Program-made: the position numbers and the translations under genes
Shown: in pieces, positions 8,517-17,179 of the stretch
How positions within the stretch are numbered: position 1 is the stretch's first letter
How the letters are laid out: each line of letters starts with the position of its first letter
NCBI GenBank assembly: GCA_043799545.1
Contig: JAZDNO010000006.1
Coordinates: 128,001 to 192,000, forward strand
DNA: 64,000 nucleotides
DNA from: Methanobacteriota archaeon
GTDB lineage: Archaea > Thermoplasmatota > Thermoplasmata > SG8-5 > DAIRED01
Reading direction: 5' to 3'
Notes under the pieces: generated by a model
What the model saw: the letters and a program-made list of their open reading frames with translations, nothing else
What the model was told of the DNA's origin: nothing
The model's database searches: none

Positions 8517-10268
8517 ATGGCGTCCGAGTCCGCGTTGGAGGAAAAGGGGAAGCCCGAAGCCCAGGCCGTGGTGGAAGACGACCAGGCCGTCGACGAGAGC
8601 GGTTTCATGCAGGCGGTGCATTCCGCTCGCGCCAAGCTCGCCAAAAGGATGATGGGCGAGGGCAAGGGCTACAAGATAATGAATGCGAAGGTGGACGACT
8701 CCTTCAAAGGCGAGGTCACAACCATACCCAAGCTAACTGACAAGCACATGAGCGAGATAGAGATTGTGCCGGCTATCAAGGGATTTTCGTACATCCGGAT
8801 TAAGTACGACAACGTTTCCAACGAGTACATCTACGAGGCAATCGAACCGCAGCTCAGCAGCGAGGAGGAGAACCTGCTCTCCATTTTCAAGGAGATACTC
8901 GTGGAGGCGCTGGAGTTTCTGGCGGACACCAGGGTGGAGGCTAAGGAGAAGTACCTCAAGGGGGCCGTCTCCAGCATCCTGGCCGACCTCGGCATCACGC
9001 TCAACCCAGCCTCGAAGGAGCGCATCACCTACTACATCATGAGGGATTTCATCCGCTACGCGGCGCTCGACGTGGCAATGATAGACCCCGAGGTGGAGGA
9101 CGTATCCTGCGACGGAGTGAACGTTCCGATATATATCTATCACAGGAAATACGGCTCTATCCAGTCGAACATCCGGTTCAAGACGGCCCCGGAGCTGGAC
9201 AGCTTCGTCGTCTGGCTGGCCCAAAAGTGTGGCAAGCACATCTCCGTCGCCGAGCCTATGCTCGACGCGACTATTCCAGACGGCTCGAGGCTGCAGGCCA
9301 CGCTGGGGATGCACGTCACCAAGCGCGGCTCCTCATTCACAATCCGCAGGTTCAAGGAGAACCCTTTCACCCCGCTGGACCTCATCCGGTTCAAGACCAT
9401 GTCGCTAGACATGATGGCTTACCTCTGGCTCTGCATCGAGAACGGGAAATCGATGCTCGTATGCGGAGGCACTGCGAGCGGTAAAACGACCACGCTCAAC
9501 GCGATTCTTCTGTTCATCCCGCCTCAGATGAAGATTGTCAGCATCGAGGACACGCGCGAGCTGAACCTCCCGCACGAGAACTGGGTCCCGACCCTGACCA
9601 GGGCAGGTTTCGGCGGGAAGAACCCGGTGACGGGAAAGGCTGCTGGCGAGATAGACATGTTCGACCTGCTCACGGCCGCGCTGAGGCAGCGCCCCCAGTA
9701 CCTGATGGTCGGCGAGGTCCGTGGTTCGGAGGCGTACGTCGTGTTCCAGGCCATGGCTACGGGCAAGACCGCATACACCACGTTCCACGCCGAAGACGTC
9801 CAGTCGATGGTCCACAGGATGGAGAACCCGCCGATATCGCTGCCGAGGGCGCTAATCGGGGCTCTGAACCTGGTGATGATGCAGGCACAGGTGAAGGTTG
9901 GCACGAAGATGACGAGGCGCGTCAAGTCCCTCACGGAGGTCGTGGGCATGGACCCCGAGACGAACGAGCTCATTACGAACTCGGTCTACACGTGGAACCC
10001 GGCGGACGACACGTTCAACTACTCCGGTCACAGCTACATTTACGAGGACATCACGATGAGGAAGAACTGGTCCCCGAGGGAGATGCAGCGCGAGGTCAAG
10101 CGCCGGATAGACGTTCTATCGTGGATGAGCAAAGCCAATATGAACAACTACCGCCAGGTCGCGAGGATTGTCTCCGGGTACTACAAGGACAAGGACCGGG
10201 TCATCGAGGAGCTCAACAAGTACGCCGCAGACGAAGAGGCTAAGAAGGCTGCGGCCCCGAAAGCGTAG
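8517..10268 (+). CDS. type II/IV secretion/pilus assembly ATPase (FlaI/TadA family), copy 2
   Basis: DPEVEDVSCDG, FTIRRF, Walker A GGTASGKTT, SIEDTREL, ALRQRPQYLMVGEVRG, TTFHA. SD GAGGTGA upstream. Confidence 0.95.
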   Translation: MASESALEEKGKPEAQAVVEDDQAVDESGFMQAVHSARAKLAKRMMGEGKGYKIMNAKVDDSFKGEVTTIPKLTDKHMSEIEIVPAIKGFSYIRIKYDNVSNEYIYEAIEPQLSSEEENLLSIFKEILVEALEFLADTRVEAKEKYLKGAVSSILADLGITLNPASKERITYYIMRDFIRYAALDVAMIDPEVEDVSCDGVNVPIYIYHRKYGSIQSNIRFKTAPELDSFVVWLAQKCGKHISVAEPMLDATIPDGSRLQATLGMHVTKRGSSFTIRRFKENPFTPLDLIRFKTMSLDMMAYLWLCIENGKSMLVCGGTASGKTTTLNAILLFIPPQMKIVSIEDTRELNLPHENWVPTLTRAGFGGKNPVTGKAAGEIDMFDLLTAALRQRPQYLMVGEVRGSEAYVVFQAMATGKTAYTTFHAEDVQSMVHRMENPPISLPRALIGALNLVMMQAQVKVGTKMTRRVKSLTEVVGMDPETNELITNSVYTWNPADDTFNYSGHSYIYEDITMRKNWSPREMQREVKRRIDVLSWMSKANMNNYRQVARIVSGYYKDKDRVIEELNKYAADEEAKKAAAPKA

Positions 10269-10318
10269 CGCTAGCCATTGTAACAAATTGAAAATAAAAA
10301 GGTTTTGCAGGTTATTAT

Positions 10319-13300
10319 TCAGCTCTGCTGCTGGCCGCCTTCCTTCTTCTCTTCCTCGCCCGGCTTCTTCACGACCACGCGCTGCATCGGCATCGGCGTC
10401 CTGACTATCTTCTTGACGACCGGCCTAGGCTCGCCTGGCTGACCTCCGGCCTGCTGCTGCGCGGGTGGCTGCTGAACGGGCGGCTGCGGGGCTGCGACGG
10501 GTTGCGGCGAAGGGGCTCTCTGCTGGGGCTGCGGCGGCGTTCCGGACTTCCTCTCGAAGTCGTTTCCGCAGACCGGGCATATGGGCTCCTTCACGTCCAC
10601 CTGCATGTTGCAGTTCGGGCACTTCTTCGTCTCCTTCGGAGCCGTTGCAGGAGCGGGCACGGCCGTCGGTTTGGCCGCGGCTACCGGGGTTGGCGTAGGC
10701 ATCTTGCCCTTGGGGGCCTCGGCCTTCAGCCCGGTCCCGCACTTGTGGCAGACCCTGCCAGAGATGTTGTTGGGGGTTCCGCACTGCGGGCACGGCTTGG
10801 AGCCCATCTTGCGCATCTCCTCCTCCTCCCTGAGCCACTCGTCGAAGGTTATGAAGGTCGGCTGCGCCTTCCACCAGTTCTGGAACTGCTCGTCGGTCAT
10901 CTTGGGGCCCAGCGTCTTCTTGGCCTGGACCTTTATCTGGCCGAGCATCTCGTCGTACTGGGCACGCATCTTCACCTCGTAGCCCTCGCCCTCCTCGTCT
11001 CCGGTGGTGAACTCGGCGCCGCACTCCGGGCACTTCTTCGCATCGATTGGTATCCAGGCGGAGCAGACGCTGCATTTGGCGGTCTCGCTTTCGAACTCGA
11101 TTCCGCACTTGGGGCACTTGTGCGCCCCGTCGGGTATGAACGCTCCGCAGCTGCCGCACTCGACGAGCTTGCCTATGCCGACGAAGTATGTGTATGCCGT
11201 GAATCCGCCCACGACCGCCACCACGATGATGATTATGATGACGATGTAAATCCAGAGCGGAGTCGGAGTCGGCGCTGTCTCGAACTGCAATGCAACGATG
11301 ACGTCTTCCGTGTTGGTGGAGTTGAGGGTGATGGTGTACTGCCCCTCGGCATCCGCGGGAACGGCGAGTCCTCCGTTGAACACACCGTCCGACCCGGAAG
11401 TCAGCGTCGTCTGCCTGATGATTGCCGTGCTTCCCTCGGCTCTCAGGATGACCGTTATCACGACCCCGCTTGCTGGTGTGCTCAGTGCGAGGTTGATTAC
11501 CTCTCCAGCCACGTTGAGGTTGATTCCGGGTTCCAGAATGACCCCCTGGGAAGGAGACGTAACATGGATTTGGAAGTCCGGCATCCTCACCGTGAAGTTC
11601 TTTGAGGCGTTGTTGTCCGTCTCATTGAATTCGTTGACCAGGCCGTATGCCGTGTTCACGTCCCACCCCCCGTCGAGGATTGCTATGAGGTTGTGGTCTC
11701 CGGCTGTGTTGACGCCGCTGCATTGTATGGTGACGGTCGAGCTGGCATTCGCGGGCAAAAGATTGATTTTCGCAGAGCCGAGCCTCGAGGCGTTGACAAT
11801 CGACATTATGTTGCGCGTGACGATTGTGAAGTTGTAGACAGTAACATTTGCAAGGTACTCCTCGATATCGGCCATGAACGAGTCCCCGTCGAACAGGTCG
11901 ACGGTGACGTTGTCGGCATCCCACAGCCCATTGCTATAGTTCACTATGGGTTTGGCCGTGTTGTGGACGGTGACGTTGACCTGGAACCCTTTCATGGTTA
12001 TGATTTCTTCCGTGAGCACGACGATGTCCGTTTCGTTCAATGTGAGGTCTGGCCTCGTGTCAACGACAGTGAAGTTCTCCGTGAGCTGGTTGCTCAGACC
12101 TGGAACCCCCTCGTAGATGTCCGTCGATGCGACCGCCGTTATCTGGTGGACCCTCTCCCGGTCGTTCGTCCTCGCCATCCAAAGCACGTCGGCGTCCCCC
12201 GCGATTCCGCTGGGCAGATACGCGATGGTGTCGGCCGGCCCGATGAGGTTGGCAACAAGTATGGGGCCGTCGTAGAACCTGACGATCACGGAGCTGGCTG
12301 GCGCCCCGCCGAGGTTGTGGACCCTGGCGGTGACCTTGACAGCCGTGTTGTTTTCCACGGGCGAGGTCTTGTCAAAGATGAGGTCGCTGATGTATATATC
12401 CGAGTACTCGAGCACGTCCAGGACGCCGGTCACGTTGTTGTTCAGGGTCGAGGTTTCATTGACCTTTCCCCACTGGTCGATGACGACCGAGATGTTGAAC
12501 CTGCCAGCGCGGCGCGGGGTCCAGTCGACGCTAACAGTCTCCATGTTGCCGTTGCCCAGGATGGTGACGTTCACGACTCCCAGCCTTGTCTGCTGGGATG
12601 GCGTGCCGTTGTAGAACGTGACGTTGAACCCAATGGCAGGTATGTCGCCGATGTTGTGCACGTTGGCGTTGATTGTGAGCTCGTGCCCTATGACGTACGG
12701 GGCGGGGGAGTAGTAGAGGTCGTATGTGTACGGGAATGCAAGGTCAGCGAGGCCGATGACCGTCATGTTCAGCCAGCCCCAGTTGTCATTCTCGTTGAAT
12801 TCGGTGATGTAATCGAACGGGTCGACCATGACGCTGATGGTGTGGTTGCCAAGCTTGTCGAAGGACCAGGGCATCGCTATATTCTGGACGCTTCCAGCCG
12901 CGATATCAACCGGGCTGGAATAACCGATGGTTTGTCCAGTCGTCTCGTCCCTGAACCGCACGATGACGTCGTAGGCCGTCGTTATGCCGTTTGCGTTCGA
13001 CACGCTGGTCCAGATGGTGACCTGCTCTCCGCGTCCAGGCAATGTGGGAATCATCCACACAGGCGGGTCCAGGTCGGGCAAGATTCCCGTCATCCGTATC
13101 TGAAACTCCGGGTAGTTGGATGCAGTGACGAGCGACGGGTAGGGGGTCAGGGCCAGGGTGCCGTTCTCCCATGCCGGGTAGGTCAAGTACGTCGCCCTTA
13201 TGATGTAGTTGCCTACGAAGAAGCTCGTTGGATACACGGTAGGAGTTAGGATGTCGCTAAGAGCCGCGAACGACACCTTTCCGTTCGTGCCAGTCGTTCC

Positions 13301-16300
13301 AGCCCTGTGGATAATCGGGGCCCAGACCGGGTCGTTGAATGCGTAGCTCAGATCTATCGCGACGTTGGGCACGGAGTGCGGGTATAAATCTTGCCCGTCC
13401 AGGGCGTCGATTGTGAGCCAGCGGTAGATGTATGCGGTCGCCGTGTCGTATGTCCGTATTGTCGATGCCGAGACCGCGGTGAGGTCGTAGCGCGAGCTGC
13501 CCCTGATGTTGAGCGTGCCTGTGAACGTCGTGTTCCCGGCAATCATCCTCACGTTGGAGCCGGTGCTGCTGTCGAAGAGGCCCATCACGCTTGTCCCATT
13601 CAAGTTGACTATGACGTTGGCGCCTGAGGCGTAGATGTTGATGTTGGGGCCGAAATAGCTTCCTGAGGATGCGCTTAGCCGGGCGTTGTCCTCGAGATAG
13701 AACGGGGTCGATGGGTTGGCCGAGACGATGGAGCCGCCGTTAAGAGTAATGCTTCCCGACTCCCTCACCTTGATGCTGAATGGCGTTCCAGTAGTCTGGA
13801 GGATTGCCAGACTGCCGTTGATGATGAGATTTCCATTCTGCTCCACGAGGACGAAGCCTCTCCTTCCCACTGCCCCGTTGATATAGTACGGGCTGTTCGC
13901 ATTGTTGACTATCAGGTCCTGCGAAACGTTGTAGATGGCTATGTCGATGTAAGCCTGGTTATCCGTTTGCAAACCAATTGGCGCGTTGACTGTGACGTAT
14001 ATCCTGTGGAAACCGAGGACGTTCGGGACCCAGGGGTTTATCGAGACGACCTGGTTGCCGTTCGCCGGCACGTCAGTGACGGTTCTGGTTCCAATGACGT
14101 TCGACGTGCTGTCGAGCGCGAAGACGACGTCGCACGTTCCGGTGGCTACGACGCCTCCGAGGTTCCTGACCGTGGCCGTTATGCTTGTGGACACGCCCTG
14201 GACCGGCGTGGGGTCGCCGACTACGATGTCCGCAGCGGCTATCGCCAGGTTCGGCTTGGGCTGCACGATGTATTGCTGGCTGGCCAGGTTGCCTACGTAT
14301 TCGTCCACCAGCTCGGGTACGTCGTAGTTGGGGTCCACCCAGACGTAAAGTCTGTACGTGCCGTCCAGCGGCGGGGCGTATTGTATCTCGGAGTTTGTCC
14401 AATCGGGAAGCCAGATGCCGTCGCCGACATCGATGTTGTCTGTGCCGATGAGATGCGTGGACGCGTTCACGTCCAGTATTTCGTCGCCGTTCCAGTCCGG
14501 GCCGCCCCAGCTGAGATTGCCCCAGTAGAAGTGGACCGGGACGCCGGTGGCGTTCGCCGTTCCCACGTTGTGGATTATGGCGGTGACGGTGAGCGTCGTT
14601 CCGAAGGAGACTGTGTTACTTGGCGGCGTGATTGATATGTCGCTGGTGTCGACAAGCAGGTCGGGCATGAACGGCCTGACGTAGATGGACTGGCCCGGAG
14701 AGTTGGTGTTGTTCAATTCCTCCGTGCTGTTTACAGGTCCCTCGTAGACGTTTTTACCATTGTCCACCGTGACTTTGATGTAGTGGGTTCCGCTCGGTTT
14801 GGCGGTCCACGGGATGCTCTGGTTTATGAAGCTACCGGCTCCAAGCGAGGCATAATTTTGTGTGAAAATCGTAGTCGTTGTAGGGCCGCTGATGTCCTCC
14901 ACGAGCACATCGAAGTTCAGAGCGGTGCTGCTTCCGACGTTCTCGATGATGGCAAATATCGTGATGCCTTCATCCTGGTCCGGAGCCGGGTTCGAGAACC
15001 ACACCGGTCCGGGAATGAGGTCCGGCAACGGGACCGCCAGGCCATCGATGACTAGGAGCGGTACCGACGAATCGTCAACGAGAGCATCGGAGTTCTTCTC
15101 CGCGCGGATGTCCGGGAATGGCGCGAAGCTCCTTTTTATACTCTTAGAGAAGCCACCGGAAGTCGCGGTAAACTTGTAATTGCCAATGAACTGGCTATTC
15201 GGCATGGTGGTTGTATTAATAATGTCGGTTATTACGGGCAGGCTCAATTGTCCGCTGCGGTCCGTCTGGGTGTAATTCAGTCCCGTCACCTCGAGAGCGG
15301 AAATTCTGTCCATATAGGCGATGATGCGCTTGTCCGAACTCGACCCATCGGTGAAGTTGTTGGCGGCTTTGATGTAGTTGATGGCCGTTAGATTCAGGTA
15401 ATCTCCCTTGGCCGTCACGGTGGCATCGTTGACCGGGTTGCCGTTCATGTCCAGAACCGGGGTGCTGATCCAGCGGTAGTAGAATACCTGGCTCGTCGCA
15501 TCGAAGAGGTTGAATGGGCTCTGAGGCGGGAGCGGCAGATTGGTAATCGGGTCAATCGGCAGCTCGAGACGGTCGTCAACGCCAAGGCCATCATCGTTTT
15601 GCGAAACGGTAACATTGTACATGTAAACGTTGCTGGTCCCGTTCAGGCGCAATTTATTGTCTTTGCCGACGATGTAGTCCGGGTTCAGATAATCGACATC
15701 TATGAACGAGTTCATAATCGATAGTTCCGAGTTATCGACTGAGATGTAGCCTGAAGGGGCGGGGTCGATTTGAGTAATATTTAGTATCAATTTATCAAAA
15801 GAAATAGCTGCGGGTACACCGTCATCGTCACAATTTTTATAGTAAACATCCAAGCTTGAGGCAATATTAATTGTGTTTACTCCTAATGAAAACACATCAA
15901 TAATTTCTGGTGTGAGTGAACCATCGTCTTCCGAGGGCTGAAACAAGCTAATATTATTCATACCTTCGTCGATGCTAATGTTAACCCACTCATCCCAAAC
16001 ACTTGGCATATTGGTGTAATTATAATTAGTTGAATCATATACAATTTCTATATCAATTCCAATAATCGGCCAGCCAGGTAGCGTTGAGGTATCAAATCCA
16101 TCAATTCCTAATTTTGCAGGGGGATTTGTTAAAGTATAGTATGCTCCATCGGTTATATTTAAATCATATGTATTTGGTTCACCAGAAGTGTCAACAGCAT
16201 CTTTTGAGTTGGGAAACACTTGCGTCGTAATAGTTTTCGGAGGGCATATACCCTTCGTCTGCTCATACAAATTGTCTATTCTGCTGTCCGCTATTGTCAC

Positions 16301-17080
16301 GTCGGCGCAATCGAAGAACCTGATGACAGGGCAGTCGTCTTCCATGTCCTTCAAGCCGTCAAGTATGCCGTCGGCCAGGTCTTCTGCATTGAGATTGGTG
16401 TAGTATTTTGCCAGTGCGTCCTTGTAGTCCTCATCGCCTACGATGGGGCTCCACTTGAAATCGTCCAACCATCCCGGAGCCTCGTAGTCGGCATCGTTTT
16501 CCGACGGATCTTGGTTTGTTATCCACGAGTCGTTGATGTACGTTATCGTATTTCTTATCTGGAGGTCGCCCGGGAAGGCGATTACGGAGTTGTCCGTGAG
16601 CGTCATCGTTGAGTCGTTGACATACATGCCGAATTTAACGTATGGGTGAAGCATTCTGGCATCGGTCACGATTGTTGCGTTGCTCATCAGAAGGGTGCTG
16701 CTGGTGTCTACCGTGAGTTTGAAATGGTGATCATCCGATGTGCCTTCGATGCCGTCCAATCCGTTGTCCTGAGTGAAGTCAAGGGTGGCGTTGGTAATTC
16801 TCAATTGGCCACCGTTCCTGACGATGATGCTGCGATCTGCATAGTAGATGCCATAGTTTTCAGTAATCGGGGACCACATGTATTCGGTGATGTTGAAATA
16901 ATCGTTGTTAGGGTCCGCATCCCCCGCATCGATTATCATCTCGTCCCAAATTCCCTGAATTTCAGGTTGTTCTTCCTTGGACCCCACCGCCATCCCCAGC
17001 AGTCCGGGGACTACCAGACAGAGCACGATCCCAAGGCATATCACACGCTTCTGGGCCACGTGGCCCGAGAGAGTCGTCAT
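10319..17080 (-). CDS. 2253-aa cell-surface protein: signal peptide, beta-helix-like regions, about 7 CARDB-like Ig domains, C-terminal TM, cytoplasmic four-Zn-ribbon/coiled-coil/Pro-Gln tail
   Basis: N-terminal hydrophobic signal. Repeated PDL...N.G...A..V.V.F...VD..N...E..E.NN motifs. TM LWIYIVIIIIIVVAVVGG. Tail CGSC/CPKC, CSVC/CPEC, CPQC/CHKC, CPNC/CPVC. SD GGGTGA. Confidence 0.88.
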   Translation of the reverse strand: MTTLSGHVAQKRVICLGIVLCLVVPGLLGMAVGSKEEQPEIQGIWDEMIIDAGDADPNNDYFNITEYMWSPITENYGIYYADRSIIVRNGGQLRITNATLDFTQDNGLDGIEGTSDDHHFKLTVDTSSTLLMSNATIVTDARMLHPYVKFGMYVNDSTMTLTDNSVIAFPGDLQIRNTITYINDSWITNQDPSENDADYEAPGWLDDFKWSPIVGDEDYKDALAKYYTNLNAEDLADGILDGLKDMEDDCPVIRFFDCADVTIADSRIDNLYEQTKGICPPKTITTQVFPNSKDAVDTSGEPNTYDLNITDGAYYTLTNPPAKLGIDGFDTSTLPGWPIIGIDIEIVYDSTNYNYTNMPSVWDEWVNISIDEGMNNISLFQPSEDDGSLTPEIIDVFSLGVNTINIASSLDVYYKNCDDDGVPAAISFDKLILNITQIDPAPSGYISVDNSELSIMNSFIDVDYLNPDYIVGKDNKLRLNGTSNVYMYNVTVSQNDDGLGVDDRLELPIDPITNLPLPPQSPFNLFDATSQVFYYRWISTPVLDMNGNPVNDATVTAKGDYLNLTAINYIKAANNFTDGSSSDKRIIAYMDRISALEVTGLNYTQTDRSGQLSLPVITDIINTTTMPNSQFIGNYKFTATSGGFSKSIKRSFAPFPDIRAEKNSDALVDDSSVPLLVIDGLAVPLPDLIPGPVWFSNPAPDQDEGITIFAIIENVGSSTALNFDVLVEDISGPTTTTIFTQNYASLGAGSFINQSIPWTAKPSGTHYIKVTVDNGKNVYEGPVNSTEELNNTNSPGQSIYVRPFMPDLLVDTSDISITPPSNTVSFGTTLTVTAIIHNVGTANATGVPVHFYWGNLSWGGPDWNGDEILDVNASTHLIGTDNIDVGDGIWLPDWTNSEIQYAPPLDGTYRLYVWVDPNYDVPELVDEYVGNLASQQYIVQPKPNLAIAAADIVVGDPTPVQGVSTSITATVRNLGGVVATGTCDVVFALDSTSNVIGTRTVTDVPANGNQVVSINPWVPNVLGFHRIYVTVNAPIGLQTDNQAYIDIAIYNVSQDLIVNNANSPYYINGAVGRRGFVLVEQNGNLIINGSLAILQTTGTPFSIKVRESGSITLNGGSIVSANPSTPFYLEDNARLSASSGSYFGPNINIYASGANVIVNLNGTSVMGLFDSSTGSNVRMIAGNTTFTGTLNIRGSSRYDLTAVSASTIRTYDTATAYIYRWLTIDALDGQDLYPHSVPNVAIDLSYAFNDPVWAPIIHRAGTTGTNGKVSFAALSDILTPTVYPTSFFVGNYIIRATYLTYPAWENGTLALTPYPSLVTASNYPEFQIRMTGILPDLDPPVWMIPTLPGRGEQVTIWTSVSNANGITTAYDVIVRFRDETTGQTIGYSSPVDIAAGSVQNIAMPWSFDKLGNHTISVMVDPFDYITEFNENDNWGWLNMTVIGLADLAFPYTYDLYYSPAPYVIGHELTINANVHNIGDIPAIGFNVTFYNGTPSQQTRLGVVNVTILGNGNMETVSVDWTPRRAGRFNISVVIDQWGKVNETSTLNNNVTGVLDVLEYSDIYISDLIFDKTSPVENNTAVKVTARVHNLGGAPASSVIVRFYDGPILVANLIGPADTIAYLPSGIAGDADVLWMARTNDRERVHQITAVASTDIYEGVPGLSNQLTENFTVVDTRPDLTLNETDIVVLTEEIITMKGFQVNVTVHNTAKPIVNYSNGLWDADNVTVDLFDGDSFMADIEEYLANVTVYNFTIVTRNIMSIVNASRLGSAKINLLPANASSTVTIQCSGVNTAGDHNLIAILDGGWDVNTAYGLVNEFNETDNNASKNFTVRMPDFQIHVTSPSQGVILEPGINLNVAGEVINLALSTPASGVVITVILRAEGSTAIIRQTTLTSGSDGVFNGGLAVPADAEGQYTITLNSTNTEDVIVALQFETAPTPTPLWIYIVIIIIIVVAVVGGFTAYTYFVGIGKLVECGSCGAFIPDGAHKCPKCGIEFESETAKCSVCSAWIPIDAKKCPECGAEFTTGDEEGEGYEVKMRAQYDEMLGQIKVQAKKTLGPKMTDEQFQNWWKAQPTFITFDEWLREEEEMRKMGSKPCPQCGTPNNISGRVCHKCGTGLKAEAPKGKMPTPTPVAAAKPTAVPAPATAPKETKKCPNCNMQVDVKEPICPVCGNDFERKSGTPPQPQQRAPSPQPVAAPQPPVQQPPAQQQAGGQPGEPRPVVKKIVRTPMPMQRVVVKKPGEEEKKEGGQQQS

Positions 17081-17168
17081 TTCTTCACCCCTCTGTATAT
17101 CCTTTCAAAGTTCCCGCGCAACATCATACCATACAATTTAGTCGCTTGTATAGTAGTAAAAGTATCCG

Positions 17169-17178
17169 TATATATATA
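17169..17178 (-). promoter_or_regulatory. (TA)5 TATA-box candidate for the 2253-aa gene
   Basis: TATATATATA about 90 nt upstream of the ATG at 17080, directly after the peptidase stop. Confidence 0.45.
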
Positions 17179-17179
17179 G

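Noticed and set aside
4764-10268. Archaellum (fla/arl) operon
   Set aside because: No archaellins, FlaF/G or FlaJ-type duplicated platform. The ATPase plus separate TadC pair fits type IV pili.
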